DNA of 64,000 nucleotides from an uncultured Pelagibacteraceae bacterium (GTDB taxonomy: Bacteria; Pseudomonadota; Alphaproteobacteria; Pelagibacterales; Pelagibacteraceae): the NCBI GenBank assembly GCA_902522385.1, contig CABYVK010000007.1, forward strand, positions 1,061-65,060, in the 5' to 3' direction. The stretch's first letter is position 1. Each line of letters opens with the position of its first letter. A model generated the notes under the pieces. That model was given only the letters and a program-made list of their open reading frames with translations, made no database searches and was not told where the DNA came from. This document shows positions 21,224 through 32,113 of the stretch, piece after piece. A program made the translations under genes and the position numbers.

Positions 21224-21517
21224 TTATTTTTTAACTTCTTGTGTATTTGTATTAACAAGACTTTGAATACCAGTTGATTTAACTATCTCAACTTTAACGT
21301 TTTCAGCAATTTCTACTTCAACCTTATCATTGTCTATAAGTCTCTCCACAGTACCTGTAATTCCACCAGAAGTAACAACCTTGTCACCTCTCTTAAGGCT
21401 TTCAACCATAGCTTTGTGCTCTTTAACTTTTTTTTGCTGTGGCCTGATTAAGAAAAAATAAAAAATAACAAAAATTAAAATTAACGGTATAAATTGTCCT
21501 ATTCCTGAGCCTTCCAT
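21224..21517 (-). CDS. yajC: Preprotein translocase subunit YajC
   Basis: FYFFLIRPQQKK, GDKVVTSGG; AGGAG RBS upstream. Confidence 0.97.
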   Translation of the reverse strand: MEGSGIGQFIPLILIFVIFYFFLIRPQQKKVKEHKAMVESLKRGDKVVTSGGITGTVERLIDNDKVEVEIAENVKVEIVKSTGIQSLVNTNTQEVKK

Positions 21518-21572
21518 AAATCTCCTTATAAATTATGTGAATACTTATACTATCTGTGTAATTAAAACAACT

Positions 21573-22832
21573 TTATTTAGCTGAAATCAATTCCAAATTA
21601 TTCATATACGGTCGCAGTACCTTAGGAACAATAATCGAACCATCTTTTTGTTGATAGTTTTCTAATACAGCAATTAAAGTTCTACCCACAGCTAAACCAC
21701 TTCCATTTAATGTTCCAACAAAAACGGTTTCCTTATTTTTATTTTTATATCTTGATTTCATTCTTTGTGCCTGAAATGTTGAACAAGAAGAGCATGATGA
21801 TATTTCACGATACTTGTTTTCTGATGGTAACCACACTTCAATATCATAAGTTTTTTCTGCACTAAAACCCATATCACCTGAACATAAAATTACTTTTCTA
21901 TAAGGTAACTCTAGCTTATCAAGAATATCAGTTGCACAGTTTGTCATTCGCTCTAATTCTTCTAGGCAATTTTCTTTTTCTACAATACTTACCATCTCAA
22001 CCTTATAAAATTGATGTTGTCTAATCATTCCCTTGGTATCTTTTCCATAACTGCCGGCTTCTTTTCTAAAACATGGGGTTGAGGCAACCAATCTCATTGG
22101 TAAATCTTTTTGGTCTACAATTTTATCTTTAACAATGTTTGTTAAAATTACTTCAGCAGTTGGAATTAAAAATTTTCTATCCGATCCTTCATCAAATTTT
22201 ATTTCAAATTGATCGTTTTCAAATTTCGGTAATTGGCCTGTTCCATACATTGTATTTTCAGAAGCTATCAATGGAGGTGAAATCTCTTGGTAGCCATTTT
22301 GAACAATATGAGTATCTAGCATAAAGTTAGATAAAGCACGTTCCATTAATGCTAACTCTTTTTTTACAAAAACAAACCTTGATCCGGTTGTTTTTGTTGC
22401 AAGATCAAAATCAAGCATACCTAAATTTTCACCAAGTTCGTAGTGAGATTTAGGTTTAAAATCAAATTCCGGAACTTTACCAGCTTTTAAAACCTCAACA
22501 TTGTCATTTTCATCTTTTCCATTTGGAACATCTTGATGCGGTATGTTTGGTATACTTGATAAAATATTATCTAATTCATTTTTAGAATTTTTTTGTTGCT
22601 CAGTAATTTTTTCTAATTCTATAGATATTTCTTTAGATTTTTTAAATAAACTTTCATCTTTAGATTTAGAAATATCTTTTTTTTCTTTTTCTAAATTTTC
22701 TTTCTTTTGGATTAAATCTCTATTTAATTCATCTAGTTTTTTTAAATTATTAAAATCAATTTTAACTGAACGTTTTTCAAGATCTTTTTCAAATTTTGAA
22801 AAATCTTTTCTGATTTCTTTTAAATTATGCAT
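21573..22832 (-). CDS. serS: Serine-tRNA ligase
   Basis: [32 protein letters not shown]. Confidence 0.98.
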   Translation of the reverse strand: MHNLKEIRKDFSKFEKDLEKRSVKIDFNNLKKLDELNRDLIQKKENLEKEKKDISKSKDESLFKKSKEISIELEKITEQQKNSKNELDNILSSIPNIPHQDVPNGKDENDNVEVLKAGKVPEFDFKPKSHYELGENLGMLDFDLATKTTGSRFVFVKKELALMERALSNFMLDTHIVQNGYQEISPPLIASENTMYGTGQLPKFENDQFEIKFDEGSDRKFLIPTAEVILTNIVKDKIVDQKDLPMRLVASTPCFRKEAGSYGKDTKGMIRQHQFYKVEMVSIVEKENCLEELERMTNCATDILDKLELPYRKVILCSGDMGFSAEKTYDIEVWLPSENKYREISSCSSCSTFQAQRMKSRYKNKNKETVFVGTLNGSGLAVGRTLIAVLENYQQKDGSIIVPKVLRPYMNNLELISAK

Positions 22833-23595
22833 CAGTCTTTTCTAAATTTTTGTTTTCTATAAATTTTACTGAAAATATTGATAATTCATATAAAATTAAT
22901 AATGGAATTGCTAAACCTATTTGAGTAATTGGATCTGGTGGTGTTAATAATGCTGCAGCGGCGAATATAATTATCACAACGTACTTTCTTCTTTCTTTTA
23001 GAAATTGACTGTCAACAACACCTATTCTTGCTAATAAACTTAAGACTATGGGAAGTTGGAAACTTATTCCAAATGCAAAAATTAATTTCATAACAAGTGA
23101 CAAGTATTCATTTACTTTGGCTTCTAATTGAATTGGTAAACTTGTAGACATCCCTGTGCTTTCAAATGATAAAAAGAATTTAATAGCTAGAGGCATTATC
23201 AAATAATAAACAAGCATACCTCCCAAAAAGAAAAGGATTGGTGTTAGTACAAGATATGGAAGTATGGCAACTTTTTCATGTTTATATAACCCTGGTGCAA
23301 TAAATTTCCATATTTGCATTAGAATAAATGGACAGGTCACGAAAAAAGCTGTGAAAAAGGATACCTTAATATAAGTTAAAAAAGTTTCCTGTAAGGCGGT
23401 AAAAATAAGCCTTCTGTCAGACCCATCATCTTTTACAGCTTGAGCAAATGGATCAACTAAAAAACCGTATATGTGTTCAGCAAATATGTAACAAATAACA
23501 AAAAAGATTATTAGAAATATAAAACTATGTATTAATCTTTTTCTTAGTTCTGTTAGATGGCTAACAAATCCACCTTCATTTTCTTCATTGCTCAT
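22825..23595 (-). CDS. tatC: Twin-arginine translocase subunit TatC
   Basis: [21 protein letters not shown]. Confidence 0.97.
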   Translation of the reverse strand: MSNEENEGGFVSHLTELRKRLIHSFIFLIIFFVICYIFAEHIYGFLVDPFAQAVKDDGSDRRLIFTALQETFLTYIKVSFFTAFFVTCPFILMQIWKFIAPGLYKHEKVAILPYLVLTPILFFLGGMLVYYLIMPLAIKFFLSFESTGMSTSLPIQLEAKVNEYLSLVMKLIFAFGISFQLPIVLSLLARIGVVDSQFLKERRKYVVIIIFAAAALLTPPDPITQIGLAIPLLILYELSIFSVKFIENKNLEKTDA

Positions 23596-23806
23596 CTTTT
23601 TTTGTTTCTTTTTTTATTTCATTATCAATTTTTTCTTCATCAATTTCTAAATTTGAAACTTCATTTTGAATATTGCTCACATATCTTTTTGCAGTGCCTA
23701 TCCACGAACCTGCTTTCTTTAACATGATTGGAAAATCTTTGGGACCAAGAACAACAATAGCAATGCCAACAACAATTAATATCTCAAACCAACCAATAGT
23801 AGGCAT
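23585..23806 (-). CDS. tatB: Twin-arginine translocase subunit TatB
   Basis: IGWFEILIV...LGPKDFP; lies between tatA and tatC. Confidence 0.92.
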   Translation of the reverse strand: MPTIGWFEILIVVGIAIVVLGPKDFPIMLKKAGSWIGTAKRYVSNIQNEVSNLEIDEEKIDNEIKKETKKDEQ

Positions 23807-23811
23807 GTGAT

Positions 23812-24012
23812 TTAATCTTTGTTTTCTGAGTTTTTATTTTCGTCGGATATATTTTTTGGCTCTGTATCGTCAGTCACATCTGACGCCATTCCTTTTTTGA
23901 AACTTTTAATTCCCTTAGCTACATCACCCATCAGACTAGAGATTTTACCTCGTCCAAATAATAAGACTACTAATATAACTACGATTGCTATTTGCCAAAT
24001 TCCTATGCTCAT
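23812..24012 (-). CDS. tatA: Twin-arginine translocase subunit TatA
   Basis: LLFGRGK...GIKSFKKG. Confidence 0.95.
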   Translation of the reverse strand: MSIGIWQIAIVVILVVLLFGRGKISSLMGDVAKGIKSFKKGMASDVTDDTEPKNISDENKNSENKD

Positions 24013-24059
24013 GAAAAACTTATAACCTTTTTATGGTTAATTTAAAAGTTACTTTTTTG

Positions 24060-24761
24060 TTAATCTTTCTCTTCTGTATCAAGAGTGCTGTTTAACATCT
24101 CATCAATATTAGAATAAATATCCTCTTTTTTTTCTTCTTGTTTTTCTTTGTAGAATTTACCAGTTCCAAAAATTGCATTATCAACACTAGAACTGTCAAT
24201 TAATCCAGCAGCACCTAATTCATCAATTGTTGGTAAATCAGATAATTTTTGAAGATTGAAATGACTTAAAAATTCATCAGTTGTAACATATTGAATTGGT
24301 CTACCTGGTACATCTTTACGACCTCCTGGTTTCACCCAGTTGAGTTCCATCAATATTTCAAGAGTATTCGTACCAAATGCAACACCTCTTATCTCCTCAA
24401 TCTCTGCTCTAGTAACAGGTTGGTGATAAACAATTATCGCTAAGGTCTCCACAGCAGCTCTAGAAAGTTTTTTTTCGACAGTCCTTTCTTGTGACATAAT
24501 ATTTGACAAGTTAGGAGAGGTTCTGAAAGACCACTTTTCTTTTATGCAAACTAAATTAATTCCACGTTTAGAGTATTCTTGCTGTAACTTTTCTAATGAT
24601 TTAGATACGCTTCCTTTTTTAGTAACTTTGCTTTCGATTGTATCAACATCTAATGGTTCAGCAGCAGCAAAAATTACTGCTTCAATTTCTTTTTCCAAAT
24701 CAGATAGCTTAGATGGAAATTTAACAATATTATCTTTTGAAATTTTTTCTTTTTTAATCAT
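24060..24761 (-). CDS. scpB: SMC-Scp complex subunit ScpB
   Basis: LSRAAVETLAII.YHQPVTRAEIEEIRGV, PGRP. Confidence 0.95.
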   Translation of the reverse strand: MIKKEKISKDNIVKFPSKLSDLEKEIEAVIFAAAEPLDVDTIESKVTKKGSVSKSLEKLQQEYSKRGINLVCIKEKWSFRTSPNLSNIMSQERTVEKKLSRAAVETLAIIVYHQPVTRAEIEEIRGVAFGTNTLEILMELNWVKPGGRKDVPGRPIQYVTTDEFLSHFNLQKLSDLPTIDELGAAGLIDSSSVDNAIFGTGKFYKEKQEEKKEDIYSNIDEMLNSTLDTEEKD

Positions 24762-25497
24762 TATTTTCCTTCACATAAATATCATCAAATAATTTATCTT
24801 GTTTCATAGTAAGGTTTCCTTCTTTAACTAATTCTAATGAACCAGCAAAAATTCCTGCTTTACCAGTACGTTTATATTTTGAACCGTTTTTAAGATTTTT
24901 AGGAATTAAATCATCTAATTTTTTCCAATCAATTAATTTACCAAAAAACTCTCTTATAGTTTTAATTCCATCCTCTGCAGTAAATACAGGTAATTTTGGA
25001 ATATTCATTTTTTGAAAGTCTTTGGTCATAATAATTGTTGAATATGACTTAAGTAGTTCAAATAAACTTAAATTATATTCTGTGCTGTAAATAGATCTTA
25101 TATTTCCTTTCATTCCTCTTGATCTAATTTCTCTTCCTAATCTTTTTCTTTTGAGCATTTGTTCAGAAAGTAATCTTATTAGTTCTAATTTTTTAAGTTG
25201 TAGTTTTAATTTTTCAGCCACCTCTTGAACTTTAAATTCTTCTTCTGGAGTTCCCGGAAGTAGTAATTTAGATTTCAAATATGCTAACCAAGTTGCCATC
25301 AATAAATATTCTGAAGCAATTTCTAAATTTAAATCTTTTTCTTTTATAATATATTCATGAAACTGATCTGCTAATTTTGTAATTGATATCTCTTCAAGAT
25401 CTACTTTTTGAGCTTTTGCTAAATCTAAAAGTACATCTAGAGGACCATTATAGTTATTTATATCGACATTAAATAATGCAGAATCGGAAATAGTCAT
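24754..25497 (-). CDS. scpA: Segregation and condensation protein ScpA
   Basis: YNGPLDVLL, YLLMATWLAYLKSKLLLP. Confidence 0.95.
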   Translation of the reverse strand: MTISDSALFNVDINNYNGPLDVLLDLAKAQKVDLEEISITKLADQFHEYIIKEKDLNLEIASEYLLMATWLAYLKSKLLLPGTPEEEFKVQEVAEKLKLQLKKLELIRLLSEQMLKRKRLGREIRSRGMKGNIRSIYSTEYNLSLFELLKSYSTIIMTKDFQKMNIPKLPVFTAEDGIKTIREFFGKLIDWKKLDDLIPKNLKNGSKYKRTGKAGIFAGSLELVKEGNLTMKQDKLFDDIYVKENND

Positions 25498-25506
25498 GCT
25501 CAGATA

Positions 25507-26457
25507 TTAACTTAAAATTTTATAAAATAGTGATGTTTTTTTAATAATAAAATTACTTACCTTCGGTGAATTGTCACCAACCATCCTCATTTCAGACAAT
25601 TTACCATTGCAATGAAGAGCAAGATTACAACCTGCACTAAATGTTTTGGTAGTATTAGTTTTTAAATCATCTTTTAAACTTTTCATTGATAAATCATCTG
25701 AAATCAAAATATTTTTAAAGCCAATTTTTTTTCTAATTAAATTTATAATTTTTTTAGAATGTGTAGCTGTATTTAACTTATCAATACTTCGATATATTAC
25801 ATGTGCTGTCATTGCAAAATAGCTTTGTTTTTTCTTGAATGGAAAAAAATCGTTTTTATTCAAATAATTTAATTTTTTTGAAACTACAGGAGTAAATTTA
25901 TGACTATCTACCTTAGCTAATCCATGCCCTGGTATGTGTTTCATCACAGTTCCAATGGAATTTTCATGATAATAATTGATGCAAATATCTCCAATTTTAG
26001 AGATATTTTTTTTATTTTTTGAAAAAGACCTATCACCAATGATGTTGCTAGCTCCTTTAACTCGAAGGTCTAAAACAGGAACGGTATTTATGTTAACACC
26101 GATTGATTTAAGCAAATACGAGGTCTTATCGACAAATAATTTATAAATAATATTAAATTTTTTCTTATCTTTTGTGAATAAATTACCAAAATATTCAGAA
26201 GTCAAATTATCAAATGAAATAATTTTACCTAATCGATTTACTCGTCCTCCTTCTTGATCAATTAATATTGGGTATTTTTTGTCTTTAAATATCTTTTTTA
26301 TTTTATCAGTTAATTTTTTAGTTTGTTCAATTGAAATGATGTTTCTTGAAAATAAAATAACTCCCCATGGTTTATATTTCTTTAAAAAAATTATTTCTTT
26401 CTTTGATAATGTTGATGATTTTAAACCAACAATAAAAGCTCTTCTATTCTTAATCAT
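25507..26457 (-). CDS. nagZ: Beta-N-acetylhexosaminidase (GH3)
   Basis: DQEGGRV and KHIPGHGLAKVDSH NagZ signature. Confidence 0.93.
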   Translation of the reverse strand: MIKNRRAFIVGLKSSTLSKKEIIFLKKYKPWGVILFSRNIISIEQTKKLTDKIKKIFKDKKYPILIDQEGGRVNRLGKIISFDNLTSEYFGNLFTKDKKKFNIIYKLFVDKTSYLLKSIGVNINTVPVLDLRVKGASNIIGDRSFSKNKKNISKIGDICINYYHENSIGTVMKHIPGHGLAKVDSHKFTPVVSKKLNYLNKNDFFPFKKKQSYFAMTAHVIYRSIDKLNTATHSKKIINLIRKKIGFKNILISDDLSMKSLKDDLKTNTTKTFSAGCNLALHCNGKLSEMRMVGDNSPKVSNFIIKKTSLFYKILS

Positions 26458-26710
26458 TCTCTAAAAGTTTCCAAAAATTAAACTTTTTTTTCTTTTTTTT
26501 GTTTGTTTGCTGAACGTATTCTATTACATTTTGTGTGTCGTTTTCCAAAACAGGTAAATTTTTTGAGTATAATTTAATTTTTTCATCGTTATTTTTATAA
26601 GATCTGTATGATTTCTTTTTATTTTCATCTGAAAAATAATATCTACCAGTCAAAAAGATAAATAAAGCAATTACAACAATAAAGATTAAATACTTAATTT
26701 CTTTTAGCAT
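26450..26710 (-). CDS. Small single-TM hypothetical protein
   Basis: 86 aa, N-terminal TM helix, overlaps argS stop and nagZ start. Confidence 0.7.
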   Translation of the reverse strand: MLKEIKYLIFIVVIALFIFLTGRYYFSDENKKKSYRSYKNNDEKIKLYSKNLPVLENDTQNVIEYVQQTNKKKKKKFNFWKLLEND

Positions 26711-28443
26711 TACATTTTATCTGGCGTATCTACACCAACTATATCCATTCCTGATTTTACTACGTTAGATATTGCTTTTAAAAAAATTAATTTATCTGGT
26801 GAAACTATTTTTTGATCATTAATAAATCTTTTTTCCTGGTTTTGTTTGCCAAGATTCCAATACGAGTGAAATTCTGATGCAAGATCATATAAATAAACTG
26901 GTATTCTATGCGGTTCTAATTTTGAACTAGCTGCATCGATACATTTTGGCCATTCTGAAATCTTTTTTAAAATTTTGATCTCATCATTTGAGTATTCGAA
27001 ACTAAAATCATCTAATTCAATGTTTGAATTTAAATCTTTACCAATATGTCTGAAGACAGATGAAATTCTAGCATAACAATATTGAACATAATATAACGGA
27101 TTATCTTTTGATTTTTCTTTTACAGCATCAAAATCAAAATCTAATTCTACATCACTACTTCTATTAAGCATGATAAATCTAGTTGCGTCTTTTCCAACCT
27201 CATCAATTAAATCATCAACAGTGATGTAGTCTCCCTTTCGTTTAGACATCTTAAATGGTTTGTTATCTTTAATTAATTTTACAAGCTGACTAATTTTACA
27301 GATTAATTTATCTTTTTTTCCTGACAAAGCTTCAACTGAGGATGAAATTCTTTTGATATAACCAGCATGATCTGCGCCAAGGATATTTATTAAATAATCA
27401 AATTTACGATCTACTTTATTTTTATGATATGCAACATCGCTTGCAAAATATGTCCATGCTCCATCTGACTTTTGTAATGCTCTATCTTTATCGTCACCAA
27501 AATCAGTAGACTTAAAAAGTAACTGTTCTCTTTCTACCCAGTTTTTATCGTCTTCTCCAGCTGGAGCTTTAATTTTTCCTTTGTATACAAATTTATTCTT
27601 TTCTAAAAATTTTATTACACTCTCTACTTCGTTGTTTAAAACAATACTTTTTTCACTAACGAAATTATCGTGGTTAATTCCTAAACTCTTAAGGTTCTTT
27701 TTAATTAAAAGCAGCGCCTGTTCTATAGATAACGCTGTTAACTTATCGCTTATTTGCTCATAATCATCAAAATTTAGATCTGAATTATCCGAAACTATAT
27801 TTTTTGCAAAATCAATAAGGTAATCTCCTGGATATAAATCAGGGTTATCTTGAGGAAATGTTTCGTTAAATTTTACTTCCCTAATTCTAAAGTATACAGA
27901 TTTTGTAAAATTTATAATCTGGTTACCATAATCATTTACATAATACTCTTTTGTAACCTTGTGTTTATTAAATTTTAACACATTAGATATGACATCACCT
28001 AAAATAGCCCCTCTACAGTGACCAACATGCAAAGGTCCTGTAGGATTAGCTGATACAAATTCAACTAAATAATTATTTTTTTTCTCTTTTTCATTAATTC
28101 CAAATTTTTCAGCGTTATCAATTATTTCTTTAATAAAGTTTGACCAAAATGATGGCTTAAATTTAATATTTATGAAACCAGGTTTAGCAACAGATATATT
28201 TGCTATTTGATCATCACTATTTTTTATTTCAGGTACAAGTTTTTCTGCCAATTCTATTGGAGAAGTTTTGTTTAGTTTCGATAAAACCATTGCAACATTA
28301 GTTGAAATATCACAATCAAATTTTGGCGGTGGTATTTCTGCATTAATACCATTGAAACTTTCTGGAACGATAAGTTGATTTTTTTTACTAAGTTCAACAA
28401 TAATTGATTTAATTTTATCTAAATATAATTCAAAAATATTCAT
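26710..28443 (-). CDS. argS: Arginine-tRNA ligase
   Basis: SANPTGPLHVGH, MSKRKG, YVQY. Confidence 0.98.
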   Translation of the reverse strand: MNIFELYLDKIKSIIVELSKKNQLIVPESFNGINAEIPPPKFDCDISTNVAMVLSKLNKTSPIELAEKLVPEIKNSDDQIANISVAKPGFINIKFKPSFWSNFIKEIIDNAEKFGINEKEKKNNYLVEFVSANPTGPLHVGHCRGAILGDVISNVLKFNKHKVTKEYYVNDYGNQIINFTKSVYFRIREVKFNETFPQDNPDLYPGDYLIDFAKNIVSDNSDLNFDDYEQISDKLTALSIEQALLLIKKNLKSLGINHDNFVSEKSIVLNNEVESVIKFLEKNKFVYKGKIKAPAGEDDKNWVEREQLLFKSTDFGDDKDRALQKSDGAWTYFASDVAYHKNKVDRKFDYLINILGADHAGYIKRISSSVEALSGKKDKLICKISQLVKLIKDNKPFKMSKRKGDYITVDDLIDEVGKDATRFIMLNRSSDVELDFDFDAVKEKSKDNPLYYVQYCYARISSVFRHIGKDLNSNIELDDFSFEYSNDEIKILKKISEWPKCIDAASSKLEPHRIPVYLYDLASEFHSYWNLGKQNQEKRFINDQKIVSPDKLIFLKAISNVVKSGMDIVGVDTPDKM

Positions 28444-29558
28444 TTATTATCGTTATAAAGGTTAATTGCATATCTGTCTGTCATACCAGATATAAAATCT
28501 GAAATAGCTCTATATTTGTCTTTAGTCAATTGCTCTTTAGTAAGAAATTTTCTAGGATTTGATTTAATTATTTTAAATAATTTCTTAATTATCATTTTAC
28601 CTCTTTGATTCTTATTAAGTACCGATTTATTGTCATACATTCTATGTCTTAAAAATGATCTAATTTCATGTTCTGAATTTTCTATTTTACCTGAAAAAGA
28701 AACTATTAATTGATTTGATTTTGATACATCTTTTAATGACTTAATTTTAAATTTTTTAATATTTTTTTCTGTATTACTTAGTAGATCTCTTATCATAATA
28801 TCTATTGAATCTCTGATGAGTTGGTAAATAGCAATTTTATAATTTTTTTTATTTATTTTGTTTTTATATCTTTGGTAAATATTTTTGAAAAAATCTAATT
28901 CTACTAATTCTTCAAGCTTAAACAAATTAGCTTTAATTCCATCCTGAATATCATGATTATTATAGGCAATATCATCTGATATTGCTGATATTTGAGCTTC
29001 TAATGATGGATACGTATTGAAGTTAATCTTATTTTTGAAAACTTTTGATCCAATTAGTTTGTTGATCATGCTTAGATCGTCTACTGGTCCGTTATGTTTT
29101 AAAAGTCCCTCTAAAGTTTCAAGCGTTAAATTTAGTCCAGCAAATTTGAAATATTTATTCTCTAAAAACATTACGATTCTTAGTGTCTGTAGATTGTGAT
29201 CAAAACCACCATAATCTTGCATACATTCATCTAGAGCATCCTCTCCTGCATGGCCAAATGGGGTGTGACCTAAATCATGAGCTAAGCTTAAGGTTTCTGC
29301 TAAATCTTCATTTAATTTTAAATATTTTGCAATTGATCTTGCTATTTGAGCAACTTCAATTGAATGAGTAATCCTAGTTCTAAAATGATCCCCTTCTGTG
29401 TTAACAAAAACTTGGGTTTTATGCTTTAATCTTCTAAATGATGCGCTGTGTATTATCCGATCTCTGTCGCGTTGAAAAGGAGATCTGTATTTTGAATTAG
29501 CTTCTTTATTAAGTCTGCCTTTACTTTTAAATACGCCTAACAAAGTGTCTTTTTTCAT
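28440..29558 (-). CDS. dgt: dGTP triphosphohydrolase-like HD protein
   Basis: FQRDRDRIIHS, RTRITHS, HDLGHTPFGHAGE, SGMTDRYA. Confidence 0.93.
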   Translation of the reverse strand: MKKDTLLGVFKSKGRLNKEANSKYRSPFQRDRDRIIHSASFRRLKHKTQVFVNTEGDHFRTRITHSIEVAQIARSIAKYLKLNEDLAETLSLAHDLGHTPFGHAGEDALDECMQDYGGFDHNLQTLRIVMFLENKYFKFAGLNLTLETLEGLLKHNGPVDDLSMINKLIGSKVFKNKINFNTYPSLEAQISAISDDIAYNNHDIQDGIKANLFKLEELVELDFFKNIYQRYKNKINKKNYKIAIYQLIRDSIDIMIRDLLSNTEKNIKKFKIKSLKDVSKSNQLIVSFSGKIENSEHEIRSFLRHRMYDNKSVLNKNQRGKMIIKKLFKIIKSNPRKFLTKEQLTKDKYRAISDFISGMTDRYAINLYNDNK

Positions 29559-29608
29559 CCTTTAATTTAAATAATTAAGTATTATATTAGTAATATCAGT
29601 GTTCAGAC

Positions 29609-29926
29609 ATGATTAAAGAAATTAAATTTACGGATAAAGCGTTAAAACAAATAGATAATTTGTTATCAAAAAAAGACAAAGGATCATTTTTCAGAATCGC
29701 TATCAAAGGTGGAGGATGTTCTGGTTTTCAATATGAATTTACATTTGATAAATCAAAACAAGATGATGATTTAAATTATCAAAATATTTTAATTGATAAA
29801 ACTTCAGCTGATTTGCTTAAAGGATCTGAGATTGATTATGTGTCTGAACTTATAGGTGAACAATTCAAAATTTCTAATCCACAAACCAAATCTTCATGTG
29901 GTTGTGGAGTGTCTTTCTCACTTTAA
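29609..29926 (+). CDS. erpA: A-type Fe-S cluster carrier (ErpA/IscA/HesB)
   Basis: GGGCSGFQY and CGCGVSF. Confidence 0.9.
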   Translation: MIKEIKFTDKALKQIDNLLSKKDKGSFFRIAIKGGGCSGFQYEFTFDKSKQDDDLNYQNILIDKTSADLLKGSEIDYVSELIGEQFKISNPQTKSSCGCGVSFSL

Positions 29927-30702
29927 TGCTCATTTCATCTTGGAATGTAAACTCGGTAAGAGCAAGAATCGAAAATATCAAAAGCTATTTATTAAAATAT
30001 AAACCTGATATTTTAATGATGCAGGAAATCAAAACTGAAGATGTTAATTTTCCATATGATGATTTTTCATCAATGGACTATGAAAGTCATGTATTTGGTC
30101 AAAAAAGTTACAATGGTGTAGCAATTATATCTAAAAATAAATTAAAAAATGTCAAAACAGATTTCATTAAGGATAAGTTAAAACAATCAAGAATAATTTC
30201 AGCTGAATTTGAACATAAGAAAAAAAATATACAATTAATTAATATTTACGCCCCTAATGGTAATCCTGTAGATACTGAAAAATACGATTATAAAAAAGAT
30301 TGGCTTAATCAATTAATAAAGCAATTAAAAACTTTATCTAAAAAAAATTCAAATATTATTTTAGCTGGTGATTTCAATATTATCCCTTCAGCAGAAGATG
30401 TTTATAATGTTAAAAGTTTTGAAGATGATGCTTTATACCGACTTGAAATAAGAAAAAAATTTAGAGAGATGATTAATCTTGGTTTTAATGACGTCTACAG
30501 ACATTTTCACGAGGATAAAGAAGGATATACATTTTGGGATTATATGAGAGGTGCTTGGCAAAAAAATAATGGTATGAGGATTGATCATTTTTTAGTTTCA
30601 AATTCTATAATTGATCAAATTAAAGACATTAGCATTAATAAAGATCCACGTGGAAGAGAAAAACCTTCTGATCACACACCAATTGAGATTAATTTAGCTT
30701 AA
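29926..30702 (+). CDS. xth: Exodeoxyribonuclease III
   Basis: SWNVNS, QEIK, GDFN, RIDH, SDH. True start is likely the ATG at 29926 (TAATG overlap), not 29896. Confidence 0.95.
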   Translation: MLISSWNVNSVRARIENIKSYLLKYKPDILMMQEIKTEDVNFPYDDFSSMDYESHVFGQKSYNGVAIISKNKLKNVKTDFIKDKLKQSRIISAEFEHKKKNIQLINIYAPNGNPVDTEKYDYKKDWLNQLIKQLKTLSKKNSNIILAGDFNIIPSAEDVYNVKSFEDDALYRLEIRKKFREMINLGFNDVYRHFHEDKEGYTFWDYMRGAWQKNNGMRIDHFLVSNSIIDQIKDISINKDPRGREKPSDHTPIEINLA

Positions 30703-31692
30703 AGATTTTATTTTATTTACTAATTCTTCGTTAATATTTCTTGGACCAGTGTCCATTCTATTCTTATGACGTCTTTCTCCAGGTAATCTTACTTCACCCA
30801 TTGATTTCATTTTTTCAAAAAATTCCTCAGCATGTTTTTTCCAATTAGTTCCTGATGTTTTATCTGGGTCGATTGCCAATATAAATTCACCACCACTTGG
30901 AGGACCACCATCATTATTATCTTTAGCAGCTGTTTCAAAACTAAAATTATCTCCAACTAATGCTCCTGCCATTAATTCTACCATCATTGCAATTGCAGAT
31001 CCTTTGTAACCACCAAAAGGTAATAAAACTCCACCATCAGCAATTTCCCCCGGATCAGTAGTTTCTTTACCATCTTTAGTTAAACCAGTTCCAAGTGGAA
31101 CTTTGTGCCCTTCTCTTTTAGCAACTTGAACTTCTCCCATTGCCATTGAAGCAGTTGCCATATCATAAACAACTGGTGTTTTACCTGGACGTGGCCAAGC
31201 AAACGAAATTGGGTTTGTTCCAAATAAAGGTTTTATAGCACCAGCAGGTGCTACAGCAGGTTTGTAAGATGTGCAAGCAAATGCTACCAAACCTTCCTCT
31301 GCTAATTTTTCTGTTTCAGGCCACATAGCAGCCATATGATGTGAATTATTTATTGCTAAAACAGCTACACCATTTTCTTTTGCAGCTTTTGCTAGTTCAG
31401 GCAATCCTTTATTTAAAACAACAGGAGCTAAACAATTATTTCCTTCAACTTTTATTACAGATTGAGATATTTTTTTTACTTCAGGTTTCCCTTTTCCATT
31501 TATCTTTCCACCTTTAAGACCTGTTACATAAGCTGGCAATCTAAATAAACCATGTGATACAGAACCATCTCTTTCAGCATTTCTAATTAAGTCTGATAAA
31601 ATTGATGCTGTCTCATCATCACAACCATTTGCCAAAAGAGTTTTTTTAGCTAGTTCAAATATTTCGTCTAAAGTTAATGAAACTGTGCTCAT
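30694..31692 (-). CDS. Ldh_2 family (malate/L-sulfolactate/DpkA-like) oxidoreductase
   Basis: SHGLFRL, GTNPISFA, DMAT, GGYKG, RLPG. Confidence 0.9.
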   Translation of the reverse strand: MSTVSLTLDEIFELAKKTLLANGCDDETASILSDLIRNAERDGSVSHGLFRLPAYVTGLKGGKINGKGKPEVKKISQSVIKVEGNNCLAPVVLNKGLPELAKAAKENGVAVLAINNSHHMAAMWPETEKLAEEGLVAFACTSYKPAVAPAGAIKPLFGTNPISFAWPRPGKTPVVYDMATASMAMGEVQVAKREGHKVPLGTGLTKDGKETTDPGEIADGGVLLPFGGYKGSAIAMMVELMAGALVGDNFSFETAAKDNNDGGPPSGGEFILAIDPDKTSGTNWKKHAEEFFEKMKSMGEVRLPGERRHKNRMDTGPRNINEELVNKIKSLS

Positions 31693-32090
31693 TATTTTGA
31701 TTTACATTTTTTACATAAACCAAAAAATTCTAAATTATACTTGCTATATTTCATTCCAGAGTCATCTGAAAAATTAGATAAATATTTTGAAAGTTTTGAA
31801 TTACTTATTTCTGATACATTTTCACAACTTTCACAAATTGAAAAAGCTGTCGCTTTAGAAACCTGACAGCTTGAATTTTGACAAGCTATAAAAGCATTTC
31901 TACTTTCAATCTTATGAATTTTTCCAATTTCAACCAACTTATCTAAAGCTCTGTAAACTTGTAAAGGCGCTTTAATTCCTTTTTTTTGAACATTAAAAAG
32001 AATTGAATAAGCTTTCATAGGTCCACCAGATTTATCAATAAGATCAAAAATGATTTTTTGATTTTTTGAAAGGCTATGTTCTTTTTGCAT
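31692..32090 (-). CDS. zur: Zinc uptake regulator (Fur family)
   Basis: VYRALDKL helix, CESC and CKKC Zn sites; adjacent to znuBC. Confidence 0.88.
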   Translation of the reverse strand: MQKEHSLSKNQKIIFDLIDKSGGPMKAYSILFNVQKKGIKAPLQVYRALDKLVEIGKIHKIESRNAFIACQNSSCQVSKATAFSICESCENVSEISNSKLSKYLSNFSDDSGMKYSKYNLEFFGLCKKCKSK

Positions 32091-32113
32091 TTTAAATTCT
32101 TATCAATTAGTTA

